Origin: a virus
Taxonomy: Duplodnaviria; Caudoviricetes
IMG/VR virus record: IMGVR_UViG_3300032307_000180
Span: 2,045-66,044 of that record
Strand: one strand, 5' to 3'
Length of the DNA: 64,000 nucleotides
In this document: positions 39,951 through 49,505 of the stretch, one piece after another
Numbering within the stretch: position 1 is the first letter of the stretch
How the letters are laid out: each line of letters opens with the position of its first letter
Position numbers and translations under genes: made by a program
Notes under the pieces: model-generated
Seen by the model: only the letters and a program-made list of their open reading frames with translations
Told to the model about the DNA's origin: nothing
Databases searched by the model: none

Positions 39951-40017
39951 GCTTATTCCTCTAATTCCGCCGACAATAATCCCTTCAAGCCAGTGGCACC
40001 TGGCTCAACGGTTGGCT

Positions 40018-40245
40018 TTACGCCGTCTTTATATAAAACTTACGTGCAATCGCAAAGTGAGCGTCTGACATCTCGCTCTCGCCTTTGAACCATGCGTATA
40101 CAGCTGTCCTCGATACACCGAATGATTTGGCTACGTGAGCAACAGGTATGTCTTTCTTAATGCAGTGTCTCCCAAGTTGCACCCCAAGTAACTTTTGGTT
40201 TGCTGACTTGTTAGCTTTTACTAGTTGTTGTGAATAACCAATCAT
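40018..40245 (-). CDS. HTH DNA-binding protein
   Basis: VAKSFGVSRTAVYAWFKG; ATG start at 40245. Confidence 0.7.
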   Translation of the reverse strand: MIGYSQQLVKANKSANQKLLGVQLGRHCIKKDIPVAHVAKSFGVSRTAVYAWFKGESEMSDAHFAIARKFYIKTA

Positions 40246-40294
40246 ATGTAGAAGGGGTACTAACGTCGGTAGTCCGCTTTCCCCCAAACCTTTC

Positions 40295-41191
40295 TTAAGT
40301 CCAGTCGTCTAAAACAGTGTTGATGTCTTTTGGTGGCTCAGCATCCGCTTTCTTTGCAGGGCGCTTTACTGGCTCATCAACAGGCTCAGCTTCTGCCTTT
40401 GGTGCGGGTGCAGGCTTTGCTTCTGCTTTAGGAGCAGGTGTCGGTGCAGGTAATGACTTATCTAATTCACCAACAGTAGCGCCAATCGCTGTCTTAGCTT
40501 CAGCTGTCTTGCCTTTGGCTTGTGCATTAGCAAACTCATCAGCTTCCAAGTAACGTACTGCTTTAAAAGTAAGTTTTGGTGTGGCGCTTGACGTGTCAAA
40601 ACGCATCTCTGTAACTACAGAGGTTACTGATACATTGTTTGTGCCAAGTAAACGGACGTATGCTTCCAAAGGCATCTTGCCATTTTCAGCTTTACCAAAG
40701 ATTGATTGAGCAGGTAGTGTTAACTGGAACACATCACCTTGTTGGTCGTTCTCAAGAATCACTGCTAAGCGACGTGAGAATTTACATGCACGTGCTGTTG
40801 CACTGCCTTGAGCTGAACCAGCGATGTTCTGTGGGCAGTCTTTACAAGTTTCGCACTGCTTGCTTGTGCTACGTGGGCTAGGCTTGATGCCGTCATCTGA
40901 GAAGCAGTCGGGTAACTTACCTGCTTGACCTTCTGTAAATGTGCCTTCGTAGTAGTGACGTGAGTTGTACTGAGCCGCACCAACGATGATTACGTTCATC
41001 GCACGGTCTTCGTTCGTAGCAACTTCTTTACCTGCAACCATCATACGGAATACAGAACCTTTGATTGAGATACGTTTAACAGGTGAGCTGTCGCCACCAA
41101 CGTTACCCATAAGGGCTTTAGTTGTTTCATCTAATTGACCACGCAAGTGTGCGGGTAGGTTACCGCTTAGTAGGCTTAAATCGTTTGCCAT
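40295..41191 (-). CDS. Putative ssDNA-binding/replication protein
   Basis: RISIKG, PDCFS, C..CPQN, CKFSRRLAV; P/A-rich linker with an acidic-aromatic C-terminus (LDDWT); strong RBS. Confidence 0.55.
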   Translation of the reverse strand: MANDLSLLSGNLPAHLRGQLDETTKALMGNVGGDSSPVKRISIKGSVFRMMVAGKEVATNEDRAMNVIIVGAAQYNSRHYYEGTFTEGQAGKLPDCFSDDGIKPSPRSTSKQCETCKDCPQNIAGSAQGSATARACKFSRRLAVILENDQQGDVFQLTLPAQSIFGKAENGKMPLEAYVRLLGTNNVSVTSVVTEMRFDTSSATPKLTFKAVRYLEADEFANAQAKGKTAEAKTAIGATVGELDKSLPAPTPAPKAEAKPAPAPKAEAEPVDEPVKRPAKKADAEPPKDINTVLDDWT

Positions 41192-41203
41192 GTTTACTTC
41201 TCC

Positions 41204-41383
41204 TTAGTTTGTTGTGACTGATGCTGTGTTACAAATCGCTTCTATATCTGATTTTTTGAAGCGTAATTTAGTGCCTACTTTGAAATGCGGTAATTTGCCT
41301 TCTCTGCACAACACATAAATCGTTTGACGTGAGACACGAAGTATCTTCGCAACCTCATCGACTGTCAATGGGCTTGTTTCCAT
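41204..41383 (-). CDS. Excisionase-family HTH protein (not in ORF track)
   Basis: 59 aa: METSPLTVDEVAKILRVSRQTIYVLCREGKLPHFKVGTKLRFKKSDIE... Confidence 0.8.
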   Translation of the reverse strand: METSPLTVDEVAKILRVSRQTIYVLCREGKLPHFKVGTKLRFKKSDIEAICNTASVTTN

Positions 41384-41778
41384 TATTTACTTCTCCTTAC
41401 AGTAACTGTGTACTTGTTATCAATGTTCATGCCAATCGGCATTAGGTTTGGATTTTCATCCAAAAACTGTTTCATATTAGTCGTACTAATACGTCGTTGT
41501 AGAATCTGTGGCACGTTGTGTTCCATGATGAACTTATACATGCTGTCCCAATCGTTAGGTTGGTAGCTAGTACGTACACTACGGTACACCGTACCATGCG
41601 GGGTCTTGATGCTATCCGCACCGAGTTCTTGACACATCTTAGTTAGCTCAGCTTCAACCATGTCCATTTGAACTTGGATTTCTGCGTCTGCCTTCTCATA
41701 CTCGGCAAGAAGTTCTTTCCGCTTGTCACGCATCTTTATGTATGCTAGAGCAAGCTTGTCAGCTTTAGCGTCACTCAT
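41383..41778 (-). CDS. Conserved replication-module protein
   Basis: Coiled coil followed by SIKTPHGTV and DWDSMYKFI; RBS. Confidence 0.7.
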   Translation of the reverse strand: MSDAKADKLALAYIKMRDKRKELLAEYEKADAEIQVQMDMVEAELTKMCQELGADSIKTPHGTVYRSVRTSYQPNDWDSMYKFIMEHNVPQILQRRISTTNMKQFLDENPNLMPIGMNIDNKYTVTVRRSK

Positions 41779-41808
41779 TTACAACTCCTTTTTGTATCGT
41801 TTCTTTTC

Positions 41809-41838
41809 ATTATATACGTACAGTTGACAATGTCAACT
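41809..41838 (-). promoter_or_regulatory. Sigma70 promoter with palindromic operator over the -35
   Basis: TTGACA-16-TATAAT on the minus strand; AGTTGACA-A-TGTCAACT at 41822-41838. Confidence 0.7.
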
Positions 41839-43383
41839 AAGTAGTTCCCCGTATAGGTCAACTATTTTTGTATGCACGTCTACTTTTTCCTGCAACATCT
41901 TGTACATACGTTTCTCTACAGGTGAGCCTTGTAAGTGAATCACCGTGCTTGGGTTCTTTTGCCCTGCTCTATGTACACGAGCATTCGCCTGTAAATATGT
42001 TTCTACAGACATTACTGGACTCCAGTAAATAATTGTGTTAGCCGCATGAAGTGTTACACCATGTGAAGCGGCTTGTGGTTGGATGACTAGCACTCGTGGG
42101 TTCGGTGTTTCCTGAAAGCGTTTAAAGATTTCAGTACGTCTATTCACTGGCACCTCACCACTGATGATTTCCGTTGTGTAGCCCGCCTTGATTAGTTCAT
42201 CTGAAACAATCTGTATAGCGTGACGATATGGCACGAACACGAGTACTTTGTGACTGGCTTCATCAATAACTTCTTTCAGCACCGAGATACGATTGCTGGC
42301 GTCAAACTCGATGATTTCACCTGTGTCCGAATACACCGCACCTGCTGATAACTGTAAGAGCTTGTTCATAGCGGCGGCCGCATTAACAGTTGTAATCTCC
42401 TCGCCAGCGGCTCTAACTAACATATCCTGTCTAAGCTTTTCGTAATACTTGTTTTGCTGTGGGGTTAGAGGTACGTCACGCGTTGAGTACGTAATCTCAG
42501 GTAGGTCTAAACATTCTTCTTTGGTGTAGCGAATCGCAGGTTGCAACGCCTTGTGCACGATGGTATCCGAATCATGCTTTGGCACCCACTTAAACATCGT
42601 AATCTTCTGCATGACTTGGTCACGGAAGTGTGAGTAGAACTTAGGCACTCCGTTGGGGTTCACTAGCTTGGCAATACCATACGCATCAACAGGTGACTGT
42701 GAAGCAGGTGTACCTGTCAGCATCCATAGCCATGTGTGTGGCTTGATTAGCTTGTTCAGAATCTTCCAACGCTTGGTCGTAGGGTTTTTGTAGGCATTGG
42801 CTTCGTCAATAACAATCAGGTCAAAGTCAGCCGCTTCAATGTCGTCCGCAACAATCTCAAGCCCGTCAAAGTTAATGATGGTGAACTCAGCACCTTGGTT
42901 GATAATCTTCTTACGCTTTTCTCTAGTGCCATACGCAACGTCAACTGTGCGGTGGATAGCGAACGTAAACAAGTCAGCACGCCATGCGGAGTCCATGATT
43001 GATAGCGGGCAAATAACCAACACACGTTTGATTAGACCTAGCTTCATGAGGTAGTCAGCCGCCCATATAACTGATGCGGTCTTACCTGTACCTTGCTCAT
43101 TGAAACAGAACGCACGTCTGTGTAGCGTTAGGAATGATGCTGTATCTTTCTGGTGGTCAAATGGTTTGTGCAAGCCCGTCCACTGATACTTAGCTAGGAT
43201 TGGGCTAGGCACGTCTTTAAGTTTTAAGTTCTTAAGAACCTGTGCTTCTTCTAGCCCCCAGTGCACTAGCACCTCTGAGTAATCGCCCTTGTCGGCAATA
43301 ACTTTGCTTTTAGGTATTACGCTTGTGATGCGGTCAGGGTCTCTCAGCTTTAGTAGCAAACCCCTGTTGTCAACGATTTCCAT
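41833..43383 (-). CDS. SNF2-family helicase
   Basis: EQGTGKT, VIDEA, LTGTP, HGVTL, QANARVHRAGQ. Confidence 0.9.
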   Translation of the reverse strand: MEIVDNRGLLLKLRDPDRITSVIPKSKVIADKGDYSEVLVHWGLEEAQVLKNLKLKDVPSPILAKYQWTGLHKPFDHQKDTASFLTLHRRAFCFNEQGTGKTASVIWAADYLMKLGLIKRVLVICPLSIMDSAWRADLFTFAIHRTVDVAYGTREKRKKIINQGAEFTIINFDGLEIVADDIEAADFDLIVIDEANAYKNPTTKRWKILNKLIKPHTWLWMLTGTPASQSPVDAYGIAKLVNPNGVPKFYSHFRDQVMQKITMFKWVPKHDSDTIVHKALQPAIRYTKEECLDLPEITYSTRDVPLTPQQNKYYEKLRQDMLVRAAGEEITTVNAAAAMNKLLQLSAGAVYSDTGEIIEFDASNRISVLKEVIDEASHKVLVFVPYRHAIQIVSDELIKAGYTTEIISGEVPVNRRTEIFKRFQETPNPRVLVIQPQAASHGVTLHAANTIIYWSPVMSVETYLQANARVHRAGQKNPSTVIHLQGSPVEKRMYKMLQEKVDVHTKIVDLYGELLS

Positions 43384-43633
43384 TTTTACGCCCCTTGTAA
43401 TACCACATATCTTTTAGTTTTTTAAGTGCGGCTTTTTCTGTATGACCCGTGGCTTCTAGTTCTAAATAGCCGACTGGGTTAGTCTCAAAAGCATTTTCAA
43501 AGTCTGCCATCCGCCATAAATAAGCGGAGTATTTTCTTTGAGTGCTGTGAACGAGCACGGGGTTATATCTGTTATTTACCCCAAGAGTCATATTAGTTAA
43601 ATCAATTACAGCTTTAAATTCATCAATTGTCAT
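43370..43633 (-). CDS. Hypothetical protein
   Basis: RBS GGAG; overlaps the helicase start; AT-rich. Confidence 0.6.
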   Translation of the reverse strand: MTIDEFKAVIDLTNMTLGVNNRYNPVLVHSTQRKYSAYLWRMADFENAFETNPVGYLELEATGHTEKAALKKLKDMWYYKGRKNGNR

Positions 43634-43649
43634 TTCTTCTCCGATGCAA

Positions 43650-43865
43650 ATTAGCCTGAATGCGGTGTCCGCTTCAAGCTTTAATAATTAGGGTCGGTCT
43701 TTCCCGACTGTCGGCTAGTACCTAGGCGGAAAGGAGACCTAAGGAGTCACCCGTTAAGGCGTCAATCAGGCTTCAAGTTCCTATTACTAACTGATGTGGT
43801 TTACTCATGAAGGGATAAACTAACCCCGACTAGCTAGGCACTCACACCTTATCCTGTAGTCGATA
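43650..43865 (-). ncRNA. Candidate structured intergenic RNA
   Basis: About 240 nt of non-coding sequence with at least four stems and a possible pseudoknot. Confidence 0.4.
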
Positions 43866-43873
43866 CTATGTTC

Positions 43874-44158
43874 TTACTTCTTTTTACGCTCTCGTTTACT
43901 TACTTCTGAAACAAGATTGCGTTTTGAATCTCTTTTGAACGAACGATTTGAATTGGCGTCTTCAACTTTTAAACCAGTCTTGTTAGAGCCACCCTTGTCG
44001 AACGCTTTAACGTGGGCTACGTCTTTGCCGTCACCCTTACGTACCTTACCTTCTTTCATCATCTTGGCACGAGCCGCATTACGCTGAGCACGATTCTTTT
44101 TCTGCTCATCTGTGCCTTGATACAATTCATACTCACGTTTGTAATTTCTAGTTGCCAT
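43874..44158 (-). CDS. Small HNH-like protein
   Basis: GDGKDVAH...GGSN...NRSF; ATG at 44158. Confidence 0.65.
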   Translation of the reverse strand: MATRNYKREYELYQGTDEQKKNRAQRNAARAKMMKEGKVRKGDGKDVAHVKAFDKGGSNKTGLKVEDANSNRSFKRDSKRNLVSEVSKRERKKK

Positions 44159-44159
44159 A

Positions 44160-44837
44160 TTACGTCCTTCCGTTATGGGCACAATCTAACACTGGACACC
44201 ACGCTTTGCAACTAAAGTTACGTTTCGGGTTCCACACACCGCTATTATGGCAGTCTTCTAACTGGGTCACAAGTGGTCTAAATTGCTCAAAATAGGCTAG
44301 GCGGAAGTGGGTGTCGTACTCTTCTTTAATGAACTCTTTGGATACCACAAACAGTAATCCTGCCTTGATAACCTTGATTTCAGGGTAGTGGGTAAACACC
44401 GCACCTGCTAACAACTTAAGCTGTTTAGTGTCAGCATATTTAGCTGATTTGCCAGTCTTGTAGTCAATCACCCTAGCTTCTTGGTTCTCACGGTCTAGGA
44501 TAATCAAGTCAGCAATACCACGCCAGTAGGTATCTTTGTCAAAGAAATCGCATGGTACTAGCCTGCCGTCGGTCGTAAGCTTAACTGCAAGTTTGTTTTC
44601 ACAAAGCTTTTCACCTGGTATTGCCTTGAGCTTGTCTAACATTGGTTGTATGAACGCATACTTTTCAGGCAACGGCTTACCATCCCTGATGTGTTCTTCA
44701 GCCGCTAAATGCAAATCTTTGCCGTAGTTCATGGCGTCTGATTCAGGCTCAACGATGTCTTTGACTACCCGAAGATGATAGTATTTTTTAGGGCACTGCT
44801 CAAACAAACTGATACTGCTATAAGACCATGCGGGCAT
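44160..44837 (-). CDS. PD-(D/E)XK exonuclease (RecB/Cas4-like)
   Basis: SYSS..FEQCP, G..LH, GIADL, IDYKTGK, C-terminal C..CP..C. Confidence 0.85.
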   Translation of the reverse strand: MPAWSYSSISLFEQCPKKYYHLRVVKDIVEPESDAMNYGKDLHLAAEEHIRDGKPLPEKYAFIQPMLDKLKAIPGEKLCENKLAVKLTTDGRLVPCDFFDKDTYWRGIADLIILDRENQEARVIDYKTGKSAKYADTKQLKLLAGAVFTHYPEIKVIKAGLLFVVSKEFIKEEYDTHFRLAYFEQFRPLVTQLEDCHNSGVWNPKRNFSCKAWCPVLDCAHNGRT

Positions 44838-44838
44838 A

Positions 44839-45477
44839 TTATTCCTTGATGTGTGAATCCATGTCGTTGTAGCCTATAGATGAACCCCATAGGTGGTCAG
44901 CAAAATGATGACCTTCAGCCTTAGTAACAAAACCTGAATGATGGTGCTGAATAAAGAAGTGTGACGGGTACACAGTAAACGGTGCTACGTTAGCGAAGTA
45001 AACCTCGGTTACGAGCTTGGGTCCTGTAATCAACCATGCTAACTTCTGCTCACTGCAATCTGTTGTGTGTAGCCTGTCAATACATTCTTTCCAAAACGGA
45101 TGACGCTTTTCACCACCCATAAACGTAGTTGCAATTAGATTGTTCCTAGCGTGCTCTTGTTCCCATGCTGAGAAGGCGGGCGCCTCAAGCAACCAATCTT
45201 CCAAAGGGCGTTGGCAGTAGCTGTCAGCATCCAAGGCAATACCGCCAAACCGATACAGAATCTCATAACGCATTAGGTCAGCAACCCCTGCGTAATCTTT
45301 CTTATCCATCATTTGGTCAATCTGCTTTTGGTTATGCCATGGGTAGTTAGTCAAATGACCATTACCCCATACATGCAAATCGTAATCAGGATTCTTTGTG
45401 CGCCAGCTGTCAATACATTTGACTGGCATTTTTGAATCGTCGCCAATCCATACAACGTGCAACATCTTAGGTGTCAT
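44839..45477 (-). CDS. Glycosyltransferase, GT32/DxD sugar-binding family
   Basis: PKMLHVVWIG, CIDSW...NPDY, ADLMRYEILYRFGGIALDAD, TGP. Confidence 0.85.
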   Translation of the reverse strand: MTPKMLHVVWIGDDSKMPVKCIDSWRTKNPDYDLHVWGNGHLTNYPWHNQKQIDQMMDKKDYAGVADLMRYEILYRFGGIALDADSYCQRPLEDWLLEAPAFSAWEQEHARNNLIATTFMGGEKRHPFWKECIDRLHTTDCSEQKLAWLITGPKLVTEVYFANVAPFTVYPSHFFIQHHHSGFVTKAEGHHFADHLWGSSIGYNDMDSHIKE

Positions 45478-47297
45478 TAACAATCTCCATAACTTCTTCC
45501 GTAGCCTGCCTCACAAGCCACAGGTAATCCCCTTGCCCAATCGGGAGCCCAACTCATGCACTCCATGACATATGCCATGGCTTCGTCAGCTTCCTCTTTA
45601 GGTGCTATGCACGCAATCGCATCATGTACCGTTAACACGGGTCTATATTTTTTAGCGATGCGTAGCATCTGCTCTACGATAATACATCTTGCTAGTGCTT
45701 GGCAAACATTTTCTACTAACTTGCCACCATAAAGTTTGGTTTGCCCCTTACGATTGTCATACACATACTGCCAACCTTCTTCAGTCTGCACCTTGCGTAG
45801 GTTTGGATAGCGTTGGTACAAGCCGTTAGGCAACAAGATACCCTGCTCACCCATCACCTGTACCACGCCGTTACCAAAGTCAGCGGTCTGATTCTTGACC
45901 ATGGCTTCAATCGTTTTCTTACCTGCGTTCCATAGCTCAGGAATCTTAGCGTACGTATTTCGGTACGCACCAATCGCTAGTGAACATTCTTCGAGTTCAA
46001 GGTATGTGTTAAAGGTTTTAAGTTGGGCTTGGAATTTTGGTGCTCCCATGCCGTAACCTGCGCCGAGAATAGTTGTCTTACCCACAAATCTTTCATGTGC
46101 TTCAATGTCGGCGACAGGCTTGTTGTATATAGCCGACGCCATCTTTTTATAGACATCTTCTTTCCTTGTAAATGCTTCGGTTAAGTCGTCTTGACCCGCC
46201 CACCATGCCAACATACGAGCCTCAATCTGCGAGGAGTCAGCATCAATCATGACGTAGCCTTCAGGAGCCACAATCGCTTTTTTAAGCTTGCCACCATTCG
46301 CACCACGGCTAGGTAGGTTCTGTAAGTTAATCTTGTCAGCGCCACCCCATCTGCCTGTATGAGCCGCATAGTAGCTTAGCGGGATAGGCAAATCACCACG
46401 TTTGGAAATCTCAATAAACCGTTGTGTTCGGGTTTCTTCTAAGGTAGACTTACTCCCAAGTCGTGCCGCGACCAAGGCCTGAACTCGCTCATCGGGGTGC
46501 TCAGCAAGGGCTTTAAACGCCTCGTCTGATTTAGCCAAAGCAAGGGCTTCCTTACCTGTAACTGCACTTATCTTCATCGGCGGTTCAACACCAAAGCCAC
46601 GTAATAGCTCAGCAAACTTCTGATTACTCATCAACTCATCACGAGATTCAACTCCACAATCCTCAAGCAACTTCGCCTTACGGTACTGCACCTCAAGTAA
46701 GTGAGCTTCAAGCTGTTTCTGATCCAGTTGTAGGAGTGGTTCTGAAAACATCTTTACAGTTAAAGATATGATTTGTAGCTCAGTCAATTTGAAACTTGGT
46801 ACTAACTTTTGGAATAACTTGTAGGTCAGTTCCACGTCGTTAATACAATATCCGCCATACTTAGCAAGAGAGTCAGCGTCAAAATCACAGCGTCTCTTAC
46901 CGAGGGCGTCGATGACTTCCGTACCCTTTTCCCCAATTTCATAATGTACAGATAGCTTTGCAAGAGAGTTACCAACTTCACTACCATGCAACGCCCTGGC
47001 CATACTAAGCGTGTCAAGAATGGCACGTGGCTTAATACCAAACCGCCAATTGAGAATAGCAGCATCAAACATAGCATTATGGGCAAGCAAAGCACTGCTA
47101 TCCCAATCATACCCACCCAAAAACTCAGCAATCTCATCATGGCTACCGCTAAACCATCTTGTGTCATCCCCATCCTCCTTTATAGCTACGCCTATAGTTT
47201 CAAACTCAGGACTGCGTATATATTCCTCAGTTGTCATTTTGGACAGGCTGAACTGCCTGTCGTAATACGTCTCAAAGTCGAGCGTGATTATTTTCAT
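45477..47297 (-). CDS. polA: DNA polymerase family A with 3'-5' exonuclease
   Basis: LDFET, AHNAMFD, YCINDV, HTGRW, NLQNLP, DSSQIEAR, GKTTILGAGYG, TVHD. Confidence 0.95.
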   Translation of the reverse strand: MKIITLDFETYYDRQFSLSKMTTEEYIRSPEFETIGVAIKEDGDDTRWFSGSHDEIAEFLGGYDWDSSALLAHNAMFDAAILNWRFGIKPRAILDTLSMARALHGSEVGNSLAKLSVHYEIGEKGTEVIDALGKRRCDFDADSLAKYGGYCINDVELTYKLFQKLVPSFKLTELQIISLTVKMFSEPLLQLDQKQLEAHLLEVQYRKAKLLEDCGVESRDELMSNQKFAELLRGFGVEPPMKISAVTGKEALALAKSDEAFKALAEHPDERVQALVAARLGSKSTLEETRTQRFIEISKRGDLPIPLSYYAAHTGRWGGADKINLQNLPSRGANGGKLKKAIVAPEGYVMIDADSSQIEARMLAWWAGQDDLTEAFTRKEDVYKKMASAIYNKPVADIEAHERFVGKTTILGAGYGMGAPKFQAQLKTFNTYLELEECSLAIGAYRNTYAKIPELWNAGKKTIEAMVKNQTADFGNGVVQVMGEQGILLPNGLYQRYPNLRKVQTEEGWQYVYDNRKGQTKLYGGKLVENVCQALARCIIVEQMLRIAKKYRPVLTVHDAIACIAPKEEADEAMAYVMECMSWAPDWARGLPVACEAGYGRSYGDC

Positions 47298-47470
47298 TTG
47301 TCTGTTGCTTCCGTAAAAATTGCGTCAATTGCAGTGTTTTTAATGATGAAGTATTTACTCCCTGCTTGACCTATACCGTAATTTTCTTTGCCCTTTAGTT
47401 TGTTCCAATGAGCTTCAGCATCCTCGTAGCTATCAAAGGTAGTTACAAAAGCTATGTTTTTTGGTTTCAT
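47294..47470 (-). CDS. Small hypothetical protein (not in ORF track)
   Basis: 58 aa MKPKNIAFV...; ATGA overlaps at both ends. Confidence 0.6.
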   Translation of the reverse strand: MKPKNIAFVTTFDSYEDAEAHWNKLKGKENYGIGQAGSKYFIIKNTAIDAIFTEATDK

Positions 47471-47907
47471 TTATACCCCGCTAATTGTTTAGCACATTCC
47501 CAAAGAGTCTTTGGTTTAGGTTCTGCCGTGCTTAAGGATTGCGTAGCCGTAGTTGCATATGGTGATTGGCTATACGGATAAGCTTGTTGTGCTCGCTGAG
47601 CCTGCACTCGTTGCCTTAACTGCATTTCGGCTTCCAACTGTTCCCTGTATCTACGATTGGCTTCTTCCTGCTCAATCTTACGTTCAATCGCACGCACTGC
47701 CTGATACTGTTCAATGACTTCAGGGTGATTCGCCTCAATAAACCATTGAAGGAATTTACGAAACTCGTGGTTATCCCAGTTGTTCATATCCAAAGACTCG
47801 TTATTAGTTGGGGAAATTGATGAAATCGCCCCAAAAGCCGCACCCTGATTTAATACCGTGAAGGCATCCGTAGCATGGGCAACACCCATTATTTGTCCTG
47901 GTTTCAT
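47467..47907 (-). CDS. Hypothetical protein
   Basis: Start moved to the ATGA overlap at 47907. Confidence 0.6.
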   Translation of the reverse strand: MKPGQIMGVAHATDAFTVLNQGAAFGAISSISPTNNESLDMNNWDNHEFRKFLQWFIEANHPEVIEQYQAVRAIERKIEQEEANRRYREQLEAEMQLRQRVQAQRAQQAYPYSQSPYATTATQSLSTAEPKPKTLWECAKQLAGYK

Positions 47908-48668
47908 GATACCCTCTGCAACGCACCACTGAAGATGTATGTGCCTGTATGAGTTAGTTGCACCCATGGAGCCGCATGAACCTTGAAGCCGTGCTTGCGT
48001 GCTAACTTACAAAAGTGGTAATCCTCAGATAGCAAGCGGTTGTTTGATTCAGGGTCAATGCTTGTAGCGAAGAACTCTTTGATGATGCGTGGCTTGCGGT
48101 CTACATCCACGGCTAGGTACATATCGTTGTTGTATTCAGGCACTTTGTCAGCCAAGGCTTCAAACACTTCACGCTTAATCAACATAAAGCCTGTGCCACC
48201 ATTGTCAATCTCCAGTAGCTCGGTAATTTTTACTTCTGTACGTTCATTACCAACGAGGTTAACCACGAATGTGCCTGTATGGTCTTTTAGTTCATGAGCA
48301 GGTACGCCCTTGGCTACTGCATCAGCCACACGTTGCCAGTGGATTTCCTTCTTGGGGTACAAGCCACAACAAATATCCACGTCACGTTTCACCATCTCAA
48401 CGACATCGTTTGGGTTAAAGCCAATGTCCGCATCAATGAACATCAGGTGTGTCGCATCCGATTTCAGAAAGTCATAAGCCAAACTGTTACGAGCACGGGT
48501 GATTAGGCTCTCGTTCATCATGTAGGTGTAATACATCTTGATGCCAGCCCTGCTTACAACCAATGGCATTTGCATTAAAGCGGAAGCGTAGTTACCAATA
48601 CACATACCGCCGTACATGGGTGTCGCTACGAATAACGTGGGTGTTTTATTCTTTTGTTCCATCTTCAT
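47904..48668 (-). CDS. GT-A fold glycosyltransferase-like protein
   Basis: FVATPMYGG, ESLITRARN, THLMFIDADI, GTGFMLIKREVFE, LSEDYHFC, LTHTG. Confidence 0.75.
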   Translation of the reverse strand: MKMEQKNKTPTLFVATPMYGGMCIGNYASALMQMPLVVSRAGIKMYYTYMMNESLITRARNSLAYDFLKSDATHLMFIDADIGFNPNDVVEMVKRDVDICCGLYPKKEIHWQRVADAVAKGVPAHELKDHTGTFVVNLVGNERTEVKITELLEIDNGGTGFMLIKREVFEALADKVPEYNNDMYLAVDVDRKPRIIKEFFATSIDPESNNRLLSEDYHFCKLARKHGFKVHAAPWVQLTHTGTYIFSGALQRVS

Positions 48669-48807
48669 TCTCCTTGTAAATGTCGCTGTTTACGTGTCGT
48701 TCTACGAGCCTTGCAAAGGCTTCAAATCTTGTAACTTCAATACGAGCATAGTTGGTAGGGAAACCCGCTTCATACGCCCATAAAACTATTTGTTCACGAC
48801 TTAACAT
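48646..48807 (-). CDS. Small hypothetical protein (not in ORF track)
   Basis: 53 aa MLSREQIVLWAYEAGF...FEAFARLVE; RBS GAGG. Confidence 0.55.
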   Translation of the reverse strand: MLSREQIVLWAYEAGFPTNYARIEVTRFEAFARLVERHVNSDIYKENEDGTKE

Positions 48808-49072
48808 ATATGTCCTCAACTTGTTGTAAATATTCTTTGGCTAAGTCAGTCAAGCTGTGCATACGCAATTTGCCGTTGGGTCTACGCACCTTAATTAAAC
48901 CTCGCTCTTCAAGGATGTTGAGTGTAGCAATAATGTCGTAGCCCGAACCAATTTCCCGCAGGTATTGTGTTTTGCACTCGCCCTCAGCTTGCAGTATCGC
49001 TAGGACGTATTCCGCTCGCCACGTCAGCTTCATCATCATTCGCAGTCGGTGGTGTCGTAGTAGATTGCTCAT
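48794..49072 (-). CDS. Winged-helix-like protein
   Basis: LNILEERGLIKV...SLTDLAKEYL. Confidence 0.55.
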   Translation of the reverse strand: MSNLLRHHRLRMMMKLTWRAEYVLAILQAEGECKTQYLREIGSGYDIIATLNILEERGLIKVRRPNGKLRMHSLTDLAKEYLQQVEDIYVKS

Positions 49073-49292
49073 GTTTTTTCTTTCCGAAGATGTTGTCGTA
49101 GTTGCTACGGTACTGCTCAGTTGTTTTCTTTTGGCTTTCGTTCATTCTTTTCCTTTCTTAGCTCTTTAATTTCTTCAAGCATCCTTTCCATTTGGTCAGC
49201 ACAGTAGCCAAGAAAAGGAAACTTAGTTGTTCCATTAGCAACACTACGTGCCAACCGAATATCGCCTTCAACTGTTCGTATGCTCACCTTTC

Positions 49293-49505
49293 TCATTTCT
49301 CACTCGCTTTCTTTAGTATTGCTTTAGCAAATTCAATCCATCCTTCATTGGAATCAATAAGGTTTACAACTGCATTACCTATTTCAATTATTTCCTCATC
49401 ACTTAACTCTCTTGGTGCGGTGTAGAGTGGTACACCTCTGCCACTTACATTTAGGTCATAGAGATTGCTGTCTTCTAAGTAATCAATCCATGCAACAGGT
49501 TTCAT
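49293..49505 (-). CDS. Hypothetical protein
   Basis: KPVAW, PLYTAP, LSDEEI, FAKAI: motifs common in phage accessory proteins. Confidence 0.6.
   Translation of the reverse strand: MKPVAWIDYLEDSNLYDLNVSGRGVPLYTAPRELSDEEIIEIGNAVVNLIDSNEGWIEFAKAILKKASEK

Noticed and set aside
41204-41383. Integration/excision module
   Set aside because: Only an excisionase-family HTH is present; no integrase or att-like context was seen.
44160-44837. Cas4 as part of a CRISPR-Cas system
   Set aside because: It is a stand-alone phage replication exonuclease, with no array or other cas genes.
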